The notes under the pieces: model-generated
Seen by the model: only the letters and a program-made list of their open reading frames with translations
Databases searched by the model: none
Told to the model about the DNA's origin: nothing
Assembly: GCA_020845635.1 (NCBI GenBank)
Contig: JADLFI010000001.1
Location: forward strand, 1,256-65,255
DNA: 64,000 nt
Origin: Bacteroidia bacterium
Lineage (GTDB): Bacteria > Bacteroidota > Bacteroidia > UBA4408
Direction of reading: 5' to 3'
Shown here: positions 1 through 9,475 of the stretch, one piece after another
How the letters are laid out: each line of letters starts with the position of its first letter
How positions within the stretch are numbered: the first letter of the stretch is position 1
Translations under genes and position numbers: made by a program

Positions 1-33
1 AAGTTTAAGTTAAACAATAAACATAATTTATCT

Positions 34-1710
34 TTAATTTAATACCACCACTCTTTTAAAAACCACTTCATCATTACTTTTTAGGTTAAAAAAATAAATC
101 CCACTCGGAAAGTTTTGTATATCAACATTAAATTGTTTTGTGTTTTGTATTGTTGTTCCATAAACAAGTTTTCCCGAAATATTATAAATATAAACCTCGC
201 TATTTTCCTTTGGCGTTAATACCGTAAAAACTCCCTTGTTCGGGTTGGGAAATAATTCAATGGTATGTTCAGGTTGGTGGTACTGAACCCTCAATGCGGG
301 GTTTTCAGTTAGTTTCAGTATAACCATGCTCATGATTGGATAATTAAGAAAAACACTGTCGGTGCCAATAGAGAAATGGGTTGCGTCTGTACTATATGTA
401 AATACTGAATTATCATAAGTAACAATATCATACGCAAAGTCATCGTAATTACAGCCTATTTTTGTATAAGACATCAAATTACCATCAGTATCGAATCGTT
501 CAAGCAACATATCATAGCTACTTACACTATTAGCCAAAATTGTATCTCCCAATTCATTTACAACAGTACCCCAATATTCATTAAGCAAATAAATAAACGA
601 AATATTGTCAATGCTTAAATCAACGATGTTCGTGCCTGCATTAGTTGTGTTATGAAGTGTTTTTGCCCATAAACGATTTCCATCTGTGTCAAAACGGGTC
701 AAAAAAGAGCTTCTAAAACCAACATTCCCATTCTTATTTATAGGTAAAATACCGTTAGAAAATTTCAGTTCCGCGTTAGTAAAAAAGCCGCCCACGGCAA
801 TTGTGCCATCTTCTAAACATTCGAGAGCAGTTATTGTGCTCGAACCATATTCATTGTTAATTGTGCCTGAAGAACTGTACATATACCGCACCCACTGTAA
901 TATGCCGTCAGGCGAATATTTTGCCAGATAGGTTGGGGAAAAGCAGGGAACAGGGAACACGATTTGATACGAACCAAAATTGGCTGTATCGGCAGAGGCG
1001 TAGTGATACAATTTTCCCGCAGCATATATGTTGTTATTAATGTCGGTTGTAACTGCTGTTCCCTCATCCGATTTGCCTGAATCCGTTACGCCTGCCGTAT
1101 TATACCAAATTTCGTTTCCGTTTTCATCGTATTTGGTAATAAATACATCATCATTTTCGTTTTTCCCGGTAATAAGAATGTTGTTTTGTCCGTCAACGAC
1201 AAGTCCTTTATCTCCCAATTTGTTACTCCCTGCTACGGATGTTCTCCACAAACGAGTTCCCGATGAGTCTAACTTAATTAATTCAACATTGCTTGTACTT
1301 AAACTAGTTATATATATGGAATCATCATACTCCAGATTATTTCCACCACCCCAACCACTGCTGTATGCAATAACAGAGTTTCCGTTACTGTCTATATCAA
1401 TCATTATTTTAAGACCTGCATAGGAAGTTGGAGGATTAACGATTCTTGCCACCCTTTTTAGCCACAGTAAAGTAAGGTCATTGTCGAACTTTGCAAGATA
1501 AATTCCTGCATTTGTTATGACAGAATCCTGTATTTCAAAATTACCTCTATACGTGCCTGCTGCGTAAATATTTCCATTATTGTCAACCACCATATTGCGT
1601 TGTGCATAAATTTCATCGTTGCCCCCTGTGGTATATTTCTGCAACAAATAATCCTGCCCGAAGCAAACGCTTTTTGAGAATACAATTAATATAAGCAGTA
1701 ACTTTTTCAT
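34..1710 (-). CDS. T9SS type A sorting domain protein with SBBP-like beta-propeller repeats
   Basis: N-terminal signal peptide; repeated 'vdxxgNiYvaG...l.K(f/y)dxxG..lW' blades; C-terminal T9SS CTD (IELFPNPNKG...IYNISGKLV...SGIYFF...KRVVVLN). Confidence 0.8.
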   Translation of the reverse strand: MKKLLLILIVFSKSVCFGQDYLLQKYTTGGNDEIYAQRNMVVDNNGNIYAAGTYRGNFEIQDSVITNAGIYLAKFDNDLTLLWLKRVARIVNPPTSYAGLKIMIDIDSNGNSVIAYSSGWGGGNNLEYDDSIYITSLSTSNVELIKLDSSGTRLWRTSVAGSNKLGDKGLVVDGQNNILITGKNENDDVFITKYDENGNEIWYNTAGVTDSGKSDEGTAVTTDINNNIYAAGKLYHYASADTANFGSYQIVFPVPCFSPTYLAKYSPDGILQWVRYMYSSSGTINNEYGSSTITALECLEDGTIAVGGFFTNAELKFSNGILPINKNGNVGFRSSFLTRFDTDGNRLWAKTLHNTTNAGTNIVDLSIDNISFIYLLNEYWGTVVNELGDTILANSVSSYDMLLERFDTDGNLMSYTKIGCNYDDFAYDIVTYDNSVFTYSTDATHFSIGTDSVFLNYPIMSMVILKLTENPALRVQYHQPEHTIELFPNPNKGVFTVLTPKENSEVYIYNISGKLVYGTTIQNTKQFNVDIQNFPSGIYFFNLKSNDEVVFKRVVVLN

Positions 1711-2141
1711 TAAAATGTTGTTTTGTAAAATAATTTTTCTCGGGTGGGAGAGGTGGAAGCTCTTACCACAGCTTTGGCTTGCGGGGTGGTTTTGATATTT
1801 TCCCGTTTCAATTTTTCCTCTGTATGTGTTGCTCGGAATAAGTTTGCAGCTAATTCAGTACTCCCCATATGGTCGAGAATATTTTGGCTTTTCTTCAAAC
1901 CTTTTTTTGTATGAATTTCTTTTTCGCCTGAGCCTATTTCAACTAATTTCTCCACACGGTGAAAATGGTCATTCGGCTCTTGCCCTGAGTTTTTACAAGC
2001 CTGTTTTGCTTTGCCAATTACATTGAGAAATTTATCCCATTTAATGTATTCCAACACCTCAAACAACTCCCTCGCACTCCAATATTCTTGCCCTATTTCA
2101 TTGGTGTGTTTTATTGCTTCAAATTTAGTATGAGTTGCCAT
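1710..2141 (-). pseudogene. dinD: DNA-damage-inducible protein D remnant (internal in-frame deletion, replaced C-terminus)
   Basis: BRO-like N-terminus (WSAREL...AKQACKNSG...DHF...IGSG) joined directly to the DinD C-terminal motif KGLKKSQNILDHMGSTELAANLFRAT; 143 aa versus about 270 aa for E. coli DinD. Confidence 0.8.
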
Positions 2142-2142
2142 A

Positions 2143-2445
2143 TTACTTTCTTTTGGTCTTATTGTATTTTACCTTTTCTTCTGCCACCTGCAAAGTTTTT
2201 AAAGCCACATCTTCATCTGCAACTTCATATACCAATTTGTCAGATAGCCAAGAAATAAGTAGGTCAGTTTCTTTAACCTTAAAAAATTCGGCAAGTTTTA
2301 TTACCTGTTTACGGTTGGCATTGCGCTGTCCTCTTTCTATTTTACTTAAAATTGCCTGGTCAATATCAAGGAATGCAGCAACTGTACGTAGGGGCAATTC
2401 CTTGTCTTCCCTTAGTTTTCTTATCGTTTCGCCTAAGCTGTTCAT
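2143..2445 (-). CDS. XRE-family helix-turn-helix transcriptional regulator
   Basis: LGETIRKLRE...LRTVAAFLDIDQAILSKIERGQR HTH_3 pattern. Confidence 0.9.
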   Translation of the reverse strand: MNSLGETIRKLREDKELPLRTVAAFLDIDQAILSKIERGQRNANRKQVIKLAEFFKVKETDLLISWLSDKLVYEVADEDVALKTLQVAEEKVKYNKTKRK

Positions 2446-2499
2446 ATTTCGGTTTTAGTCAATACAGGTTTTGAACAAATTTATTTTGAATGATTTTGT

Positions 2500-2507
2500 C
2501 AAAAGTA
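2500..2507 (-). promoter_or_regulatory. Bacteroidota -7 promoter element for the XRE gene, overlapping an imperfect palindrome
   Basis: TACTTTTG (TAnnTTTG) about 55 nt upstream of the ATG; overlaps TTTTGTCAAAA (2494-2504), a possible operator. Confidence 0.45.
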
Positions 2508-2692
2508 CAAATTTCTTTGGGCGAAGCATCTGAAAAAGTCTCCTAAGTTTTAAACATTATTATCATTTTCAGGTGGGCAAAATTGGCTAGACACTCGTCA
2601 TTTTGCTAATGCACTTATGTGGCTTTATTGATTCTAAATATTTATAGTTTAATTTTTATAAGATGAAATGCATGTACTTATCGTTTAATTCC

Positions 2693-2700
2693 TAAATTTG
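2693..2700 (+). promoter_or_regulatory. Bacteroidota -7 promoter element for comEC
   Basis: TAAATTTG 26 nt upstream of the ATG. Confidence 0.55.
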
Positions 2701-2726
2701 CAATACTAATCATCTTTTCTTATCAG

Positions 2727-4814
2727 ATGAATGTATGGAACACTATTCCTTTTGTAAGATTATTGATTGCTTTTTTGAGCGGACTTTTATTAGCTGTTAA
2801 TTATAGCAGTTTACCTCAAGTGCCCTTTTATTATTTTGTTGTTCCTTTTGTTTTATATTATTTCAGCCATAAATATTTTACGAATAATTATCAATACCGC
2901 TTTGTTATTGGTTTTCCAATTGTATTGTTTTTTTTCCTTTTCGGAATAAAGTTGGTTCAAGTAAATACTGAAATTTATTATCCTAATCATTTTAGTAAGT
3001 TGATAGAAAATAACTATGTGATTAGGGTAAACGAACCTCCCGTATCAAAAAACAGTTCTTTAAAATTTATTGGAGAAGTGGTTCAAGTGCAAAAAGGTAA
3101 TGATTGGGTTGCTACTAAAGGAAAAATACTGATTTATCTTGCCAAAGATAGCCGGGCACTTAAAATTCAGTATGGCGACATTTTATTGTGTAATGCTACA
3201 ACTTACGAAACACCAGCGCCTAAGAACCCTTTTGAATTTGACTATAAAGAATATTTGGCTTTTCATCAAATTTACCATCAGTCATATATCAATTCAACAG
3301 CTTGGGTTTCTACAAATTTGAATGATGCTAATCCTATTCTGAAATTAGCTTATAACACTAGAAATTATTTCTTAAAAACCATTTCGGAACACCATATATC
3401 AGGCGATGAATTAGCTATAGGCTCGGCACTTATATTAGGTTATGAGGATGAACTATCCAATGAAGTTGTTAGCGCATTTGCTGCTACCGGTGCTTTACAT
3501 GTACTTAGTGTTTCGGGGCTTCACGTTGGAATAATTTTTATTGTTTTTAATTTCCTACTGAAGTTTATGGGCGAAAGCAAAACGGCTAAAATTATTCGCT
3601 TTATTTTGTTGCTTGCTATTTTATGGTTATACGCTATTCTAACAGGTTTATCCCCTTCGGTATGGCGGGCTTCGGCTATGTTTAGCTTAATAACCATCGG
3701 GAAATTTTTCAAGAAAGAAACCAATACCTTTAATATTATTGGATGTTCGGCATTTATATTATTATGTATTAAACCTTTTATGATAACGGAAGTAGGATTT
3801 CAGCTATCCTATTTGGCAGTTATAGGTATTATTGCATTGTATAAATATTTTTACGAGTTGTTTGTTTTTAAGAATTGGTTGGCCGATAATTTTTGGTCAA
3901 TAACCTGTGTATCTATTGCCGCCCAATTAGCAACATTTCCTTTGGGTTTATTGTATTTTCACCAGTTTCCAAACTATTTCTTATTTTCCAATTTGGTAAT
4001 TATCCCACTCTCAACCATTATTTTATATGGTGGGGTGCTTTTATTGGTAATTGCTAAAATACCTATAATAGGAGTAGTTACGGCCAAAATATTGTATTTC
4101 TTATTGTGGACACTTAAAAGCACGGTGGAGTTATTCGAAAAATTGCCTTTTGCTGTTGTTGAAGGTGTGGCTATTACTACCTTTCAAACATTCTTAATTT
4201 ACGGTCTTATCATTGGAATAATTTGTTTATGGCAATTAAAGAAAAGTGTTTTTTTGAAATCTTCTTTGGTTTTATCAGTATTGTTAAGTTCTTTGTTTAT
4301 CATTAATCAATGGCAATTAAATCAGCAGCATAAAATTGTAATTTATGCAATCAACAACAGCTCGGCTATTGATATTATTAAAGGTTCTGATAATGTACTT
4401 TTAGCCGATAGTGCCCTTTTGTCAAACAGCGATAAAATAAGGTTTCATCTTATCCCCAATTGGAATAATAATGGATTACGAAAAGTTCAGAAATATGTTG
4501 ATACGGTTACAACCATAGCAAATACTTCTTTTGTAAAAAAGCAGAATCATTATTTATTTTGTAATAATCTTACTGTATTATGTACACAAGCCGATATAAA
4601 AATGTTCAGCGATTTAAAATATAAACCTGACATTGTAATATTAAACAAAAGAAATAAAAAGCGATTCAGGTCATTATTTTATATCTTTCCTGAAGCCGAA
4701 TTTATTTGTGATGGAACTATCTCCGAGAACTTTTTGGCTTCATTAATAAAGCAAAACCCTCAATTAAAATTAAGAGGCGTTAACAAGGAAGGAGCAATTA
4801 GTATAAATATTTAA
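2727..4814 (+). CDS. comEC: ComEC/Rec2 family competence membrane protein
   Basis: DUF4131-like N-terminus, HVLSVSGLHVG and SVWRA motifs, VGFQLSY, multiple TM segments. Confidence 0.9.
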   Translation: MNVWNTIPFVRLLIAFLSGLLLAVNYSSLPQVPFYYFVVPFVLYYFSHKYFTNNYQYRFVIGFPIVLFFFLFGIKLVQVNTEIYYPNHFSKLIENNYVIRVNEPPVSKNSSLKFIGEVVQVQKGNDWVATKGKILIYLAKDSRALKIQYGDILLCNATTYETPAPKNPFEFDYKEYLAFHQIYHQSYINSTAWVSTNLNDANPILKLAYNTRNYFLKTISEHHISGDELAIGSALILGYEDELSNEVVSAFAATGALHVLSVSGLHVGIIFIVFNFLLKFMGESKTAKIIRFILLLAILWLYAILTGLSPSVWRASAMFSLITIGKFFKKETNTFNIIGCSAFILLCIKPFMITEVGFQLSYLAVIGIIALYKYFYELFVFKNWLADNFWSITCVSIAAQLATFPLGLLYFHQFPNYFLFSNLVIIPLSTIILYGGVLLLVIAKIPIIGVVTAKILYFLLWTLKSTVELFEKLPFAVVEGVAITTFQTFLIYGLIIGIICLWQLKKSVFLKSSLVLSVLLSSLFIINQWQLNQQHKIVIYAINNSSAIDIIKGSDNVLLADSALLSNSDKIRFHLIPNWNNNGLRKVQKYVDTVTTIANTSFVKKQNHYLFCNNLTVLCTQADIKMFSDLKYKPDIVILNKRNKKRFRSLFYIFPEAEFICDGTISENFLASLIKQNPQLKLRGVNKEGAISINI

Positions 4815-4829
4815 ATGAAGGTAAAAACA

Positions 4830-4849
4830 TCAAGCCCTCCTTTGCTTGA
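4830..4849 (-). terminator. possible intrinsic terminator between convergent comEC and lpxD
   Basis: TCAAGC/GCTTGA stem with an 8-nt loop, followed by a T-rich stretch on the minus strand. Confidence 0.3.
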
Positions 4850-4961
4850 GGCGATTGGAATGATTGTATAGTACAATACATTATTACATCAGGTTTTTAG
4901 CTATATATAATACTTGCTATTGTCTTGATTTTGTATGTTGTTTTAGGATATTCAATAACGA

Positions 4962-5897
4962 TTATTTATTCCTCAACTCTTCAATAATTTGAGGCAACTT
5001 CCTTATTAAAGCAAGTTCTTTCCATTTTTCACGCGCATCATCAACAGGAGCTCCAAAGTAGGTTTTTCCTCCCTCTAATGATTTTGAAATACCCGATTTT
5101 CCAAGAACTACCGCGCCTTTCCCAATGGTTAAATCCTTTTGTACTCCCACCTGCCCCCACAATATTACATTATCCTCAATGGTTACTACCCCGGCTATGC
5201 CCACTTGAGCGGCAAATAAACAGTTCTTTCCAATTTGTGTATCATGGCCAATGTGAATTTGATTATCGAGTTTAGAGCCACTCCCTATAATGGTATTCCC
5301 ACTAACTCCTTTATCAATAGAGCATAGTGCGCCTATCTCAACATTATCATGAATAATTACACGACCTGATGAAATCATTTTATCATAACCTTCAGGCTTT
5401 TTCTTAAAATAAAATGCATCACTGCCAATTACTGTTCCGGCATGTATTACAACATTATTACCAATAATGGTATTGTCGTATATGGTAACATTGGGGTGTA
5501 TTAAACAATGGTCTCCTATAACTACATTTTCGCCTAAAAATACGCCCGGTTGAATAATTGTATCAGCGCCTATTTTTGCAGTATTGCTTATTTTTTGATA
5601 GGCCGGAACAAACTTTACAAATTGTTTTACTAAATTATTATATGCATCAAAGGGCATATCGTTAAAGATTAGCGATTTTCCCTCAGGACACTTCATTCTT
5701 TTATTAATAATGACAACCGAGGCCTTTGAGTTTAGTGCTTTATCGTAATATTTGGGGTGATCTACAAAAGTAATATCACCAGGCTCAACCATGTGAATTT
5801 CATTAATGCCACTAATAGCGAGGTTTGGGTTGCCATCAAAATCGCTGTTAAGCATAGAGGCTATTTCTGAAAGTGAATAATCTCTTGGGAATTTCAT
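4962..5897 (-). CDS. lpxD: UDP-3-O-acylglucosamine N-acyltransferase (LpxD family)
   Basis: LpxD N-domain (GDITFVDHPKY), hexapeptide repeats, KLDNQIHIGHD motif. Confidence 0.9.
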   Translation of the reverse strand: MKFPRDYSLSEIASMLNSDFDGNPNLAISGINEIHMVEPGDITFVDHPKYYDKALNSKASVVIINKRMKCPEGKSLIFNDMPFDAYNNLVKQFVKFVPAYQKISNTAKIGADTIIQPGVFLGENVVIGDHCLIHPNVTIYDNTIIGNNVVIHAGTVIGSDAFYFKKKPEGYDKMISSGRVIIHDNVEIGALCSIDKGVSGNTIIGSGSKLDNQIHIGHDTQIGKNCLFAAQVGIAGVVTIEDNVILWGQVGVQKDLTIGKGAVVLGKSGISKSLEGGKTYFGAPVDDAREKWKELALIRKLPQIIEELRNK

Positions 5898-5941
5898 AAG
5901 AAAAAAAATAAAAAGAGGCTAAGAAAATTTTCTTAGCCTCT
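5898..5941 (-). terminator. rho-independent terminator after efp
   Basis: Perfect 28-bp palindrome AGAGGCTAAGAAAATTTTCTTAGCCTCT (5914-5941) followed by a long T tract on the minus strand. Confidence 0.8.
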
Positions 5942-5966
5942 ACAAAGTTATAAATATAATTGAATT

Positions 5967-6527
5967 TTATTTAACTCTTTCAACATAAGTTGATGTTCTT
6001 GTGTCAACTTTAATTTTATCGCCCTGATTGCAGAATAAAGGAACATTCACAATAGCACCTGTTTCAATAGTGGCTTGCTTTAGGGTGTTTGTAGCTGTAT
6101 CACCTTTAATTCCCGGCTCGGTATAGGTAATTTCTACTTCCACAAAAGTTGGTGCTTCGGCAGATATAGGTGTTTCATCTTCAAAAGCCACTTTCACTTC
6201 CATACCTTCTTTCATAAATTTTAAACCATTTCCAAATAAATCTGACGGAATACTTAATTGTTCAAAGGTTTCATTATCCATACAAATAATATCATTACCA
6301 TCACTGTAAATGTATTGTAATGTTTTATACTCAACGCGAGCTACAATTACTTCTTCACCACTTCTAAAACGGTATTCAACCGATTTTCCGGTTTTTAAAT
6401 TTTTCATCTTAGCTTGGTAAAATGCACGCAAATTGCCGGGTGTACGATGTTGGTATTCGGTAATTACACACAATTCATTATTAAATCTAATGATTGAACC
6501 TACGTTTATATCTCCTGTTGTAGCCAT
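5967..6527 (-). CDS. efp: translation elongation factor P (PGNLR loop variant)
   Basis: 186 aa; C-terminal PGIKGDTATNTLKQATIETGAIVNVPLF...KVDTRTSTYVERV signature. Confidence 0.95.
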   Translation of the reverse strand: MATTGDINVGSIIRFNNELCVITEYQHRTPGNLRAFYQAKMKNLKTGKSVEYRFRSGEEVIVARVEYKTLQYIYSDGNDIICMDNETFEQLSIPSDLFGNGLKFMKEGMEVKVAFEDETPISAEAPTFVEVEITYTEPGIKGDTATNTLKQATIETGAIVNVPLFCNQGDKIKVDTRTSTYVERVK

Positions 6528-6554
6528 TTTTTATTAATTATAAAATTAGAGGCG

Positions 6555-6562
6555 CGAAATTA
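6555..6562 (-). promoter_or_regulatory. -7 promoter element variant for efp
   Basis: TAATTTCG (TAnnTTCG) 27 nt upstream of the ATG. Confidence 0.45.
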
Positions 6563-6655
6563 ATTATTTTTATATTTTTATGCAAATTGCCTTAAAATAT
6601 TTTTTTAGAAACATGGGTATATTCCATAGTTGGAAAAGGCAACATTGCGTATAAA

Positions 6656-7909
6656 CTACTCGTTTCGCAAGGCTTCTACGGGGTCAAGACGAGCCGCTTT
6701 AACAGCAGGATAGTAGCCTGCAATAATGCCCACGCTTATACACATAATAAGTCCGCCTATAATCCACATCCAAGGGACAATAAAGCCTATTCCTATAAAA
6801 TAGGAAGTAATATTTCCTATTAAAATACCCAGTACAATACCAAATATTCCACCTAATAAACAAATAACTACTGCTTCTACCAAAAACTGAAAACGTATGG
6901 TAGAGCTATTTGCTCCCAAAGATTTCCTGATGCCTATCTCTCGGGTTCTTTCAGTTACCGATACCAGCATAATATTCATTAATCCAATGGTGGCCCCTAA
7001 AAGAGTAATCAGCCCAATAATAGTTGCAGCAACAGTAACATATTGTATATTTCCAATCAATATTTGAGCTAAACTATCACTTTTTATTATTTCAAAGGTA
7101 TTGGGCTGTCCTGCTTTTAAACGTCTTACTTTCCGCATCAAGCCAATAGCCTCGCCTTCGGCTATTTGCATTTCTTGAGGTGAGGTGGAAGTTACATTTA
7201 TAACATAATTCATGTTACTGCTACTAAAGTATTGTCGCCCGTTTGTTAAAGGGATAATAATTATTTTATCGCCCCCCATGCCCATACTACTGCCTTTTTC
7301 TTTTAAAGTTCCTATAACTTTGTATTTCTGCGGACCAATACTTACTACTTCATTCAAAACTTTCTTTTTATAGGTAAACAGCTTTTTTACTACTTCGCTA
7401 CCTAATATCACTACACCACTGCTTCCCGATATTTCTTTCTCGGTAAAGTTTCTACCCTGCAATAATTCATAGCCTCCACTGTGAAGATAATTTTCATCGC
7501 CTGCAAACACCCCAATATTTGGATTTGTTTTATTGCTTTGATATTTTACTGTAGCGGCTTGTCCAACAATAGATGACAGCGATACCAATGACTTAAAATT
7601 ATACAACTGTTTAAACTTTACAGCTTGGGCATAAGTAATTTCAGGATATTTTTTTGGCTTACGCCCGTCATGCCCTACACGCACTATAAGCTCTTTGTTG
7701 CGAATGGTAAAAGTATTGGCACCTAGGTTTGTAAAATTTGAATTAATACTTTGTTTTATGGCATCAATAGCAGTTAATATTCCAACCAAGGCAGTAATCC
7801 CCACCGCTATGATAAGCATTGTTATAATAGATCTGAGCAGATTGCTTTTTATGGCATTGAGTGCTATTTTTATATTTTCTTTAAACACTTTATAGGGTCT
7901 TTTAAGCAA
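6656..7909 (-). CDS. ABC transporter permease, MacB/FtsX family
   Basis: MacB periplasmic core; GLMNIMLVSVTERTREIGIRKSLGA; YYPAVKAARLDPVEALR. Confidence 0.9.
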   Translation of the reverse strand: MLKRPYKVFKENIKIALNAIKSNLLRSIITMLIIAVGITALVGILTAIDAIKQSINSNFTNLGANTFTIRNKELIVRVGHDGRKPKKYPEITYAQAVKFKQLYNFKSLVSLSSIVGQAATVKYQSNKTNPNIGVFAGDENYLHSGGYELLQGRNFTEKEISGSSGVVILGSEVVKKLFTYKKKVLNEVVSIGPQKYKVIGTLKEKGSSMGMGGDKIIIIPLTNGRQYFSSSNMNYVINVTSTSPQEMQIAEGEAIGLMRKVRRLKAGQPNTFEIIKSDSLAQILIGNIQYVTVAATIIGLITLLGATIGLMNIMLVSVTERTREIGIRKSLGANSSTIRFQFLVEAVVICLLGGIFGIVLGILIGNITSYFIGIGFIVPWMWIIGGLIMCISVGIIAGYYPAVKAARLDPVEALRNE

Positions 7910-7956
7910 TCAAAATAATGGGTAGTAAACTCTTGGGAGGTCACTATTGGTTTATA

Positions 7957-9447
7957 TTATGGGATTATAAGTTCTTCTGATTTAATAAAGTCCACACTTT
8001 TCTTCATTTCATTATACATTACAACATCATTCTCAATAAAGGCAATATTTTTTCTATACTTTTCCTTTAATTTTTCTATATATGGCGATGACTTTAGAGG
8101 TTTTCTAAAATCTAATGCTTGCATAGAATTAAGCAATTCAATACCTAAAATAGTATATACATTCTCTACAACCTGTGCACATTTTACGGCTGCATTGGCG
8201 CCCATGCTTACATGGTCTTCTTGTCCGTTGCTTGATACTATAGAGTCGGTTGAGGAAGGCATACTAAACTGCTTATTTTGACTGACAATAGAGGCAGCGG
8301 TGTATTGCGGAATCATAAAACCCGAGTTAAGCCCCGGCTTTGAAACCAGAAAGGCGGGTAAATTGCGTGTTCCCGAAATTAGTTGATAGGTTCTTCGCTC
8401 AGATATATTCCCTAATTCGCAGAGTGCCATACATAAAAAGTCAAGAGTAAGCGCTAATGGTTGCCCATGAAAATTGCCCCCCGAAATAATTTCATCTTCT
8501 TCGGGAAATACTGTTGGATTGTCGGTTACAGCATTAATTTCGGTTTCAAATATTTGCTCGGCATAAGTTATAGCATCTTTTGAAGCTCCGTGTACTTGGG
8601 GTATGCAGCGGAATGAGTAGGGGTCTTGAACATGCTCTTTTTTTTGTTTTATAAGTTCGCTGTTGGTCAGCAATTTTACTATATTGCTTGCTGTTGTAAT
8701 TTGTCCTTGATGTGGTCTAATACTGTGCAAGTAAGGTTTAAAAGGCTCAATACGACCGTCAAAAGCATCAATAGAAACTGCACCCACAATATCGGCTGCC
8801 AAACTTAATTTTTTTGCTTGCAAGATACACCACACGCCATAGGCACTCATAAACTGTGTGCCATTTAATAAAGCCAAACCTTCTTTTGATTTTAAGGTAA
8901 TAGGACTTAAATTTAACTTCTGTAAAACCTCGGCTGCTTCATATTTTTTGTTTTGATAATACACCTGACCCAATCCCAATAAGGGTAAACATAAATGTGC
9001 CAAAGGAGCTAAATCACCCGAAGCGCCAAGGGAACCTTGCTGATATACAACCGGATATATGCCTAAGTTATAAAAGTCAATGAGTCTTTCAACTGTAGAT
9101 AACTGTACTGCCGATTTACCATAACTTAATGATTGAACTTTGAGTAACAGCATTAGTTTTACAATGTCGCTTGGTACTTCATGGCCTGCTCCGCAAGCGT
9201 GCGACATGACTAAATTTTTTTGTAATTCCGATAAATCTTTGTCGGGTATTGAAACATTGCATAATGAGCCAAATCCGGTATTAATACCATAAATTGGTTC
9301 AGGATGATGTAATATTTTTTGTTCGAGATAATGTCGACAATCAACAATTTTCCTTTTGGCATCTTCCGAAAGTTGAATTTTCTGTCCGCTGCTCAATATT
9401 TGCTCAACTTGTTGGAGGCTAAGCTTAGTGTTAGATATTTGATGCAT
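7957..9447 (-). CDS. hutH: histidine ammonia-lyase
   Basis: YGINTGFG, ASG MIO-forming motif (SLGASGDLAPL), QDPYSFRCIPQV, NGQEDHVSMG. Confidence 0.95.
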   Translation of the reverse strand: MHQISNTKLSLQQVEQILSSGQKIQLSEDAKRKIVDCRHYLEQKILHHPEPIYGINTGFGSLCNVSIPDKDLSELQKNLVMSHACGAGHEVPSDIVKLMLLLKVQSLSYGKSAVQLSTVERLIDFYNLGIYPVVYQQGSLGASGDLAPLAHLCLPLLGLGQVYYQNKKYEAAEVLQKLNLSPITLKSKEGLALLNGTQFMSAYGVWCILQAKKLSLAADIVGAVSIDAFDGRIEPFKPYLHSIRPHQGQITTASNIVKLLTNSELIKQKKEHVQDPYSFRCIPQVHGASKDAITYAEQIFETEINAVTDNPTVFPEEDEIISGGNFHGQPLALTLDFLCMALCELGNISERRTYQLISGTRNLPAFLVSKPGLNSGFMIPQYTAASIVSQNKQFSMPSSTDSIVSSNGQEDHVSMGANAAVKCAQVVENVYTILGIELLNSMQALDFRKPLKSSPYIEKLKEKYRKNIAFIENDVVMYNEMKKSVDFIKSEELIIP

Positions 9448-9475
9448 GGGTTGATGATATTATAAGAAAGTAAAC

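Noticed and set aside
2573-2623. Possible attC-like or cassette-boundary remnant upstream of XRE (similar AC-rich stretches at 1741-1800 and 14440-14510)
   Set aside because: The resemblance is only impressionistic: no complete inverted core sites, no integrase, and no alignable repeat within the window.
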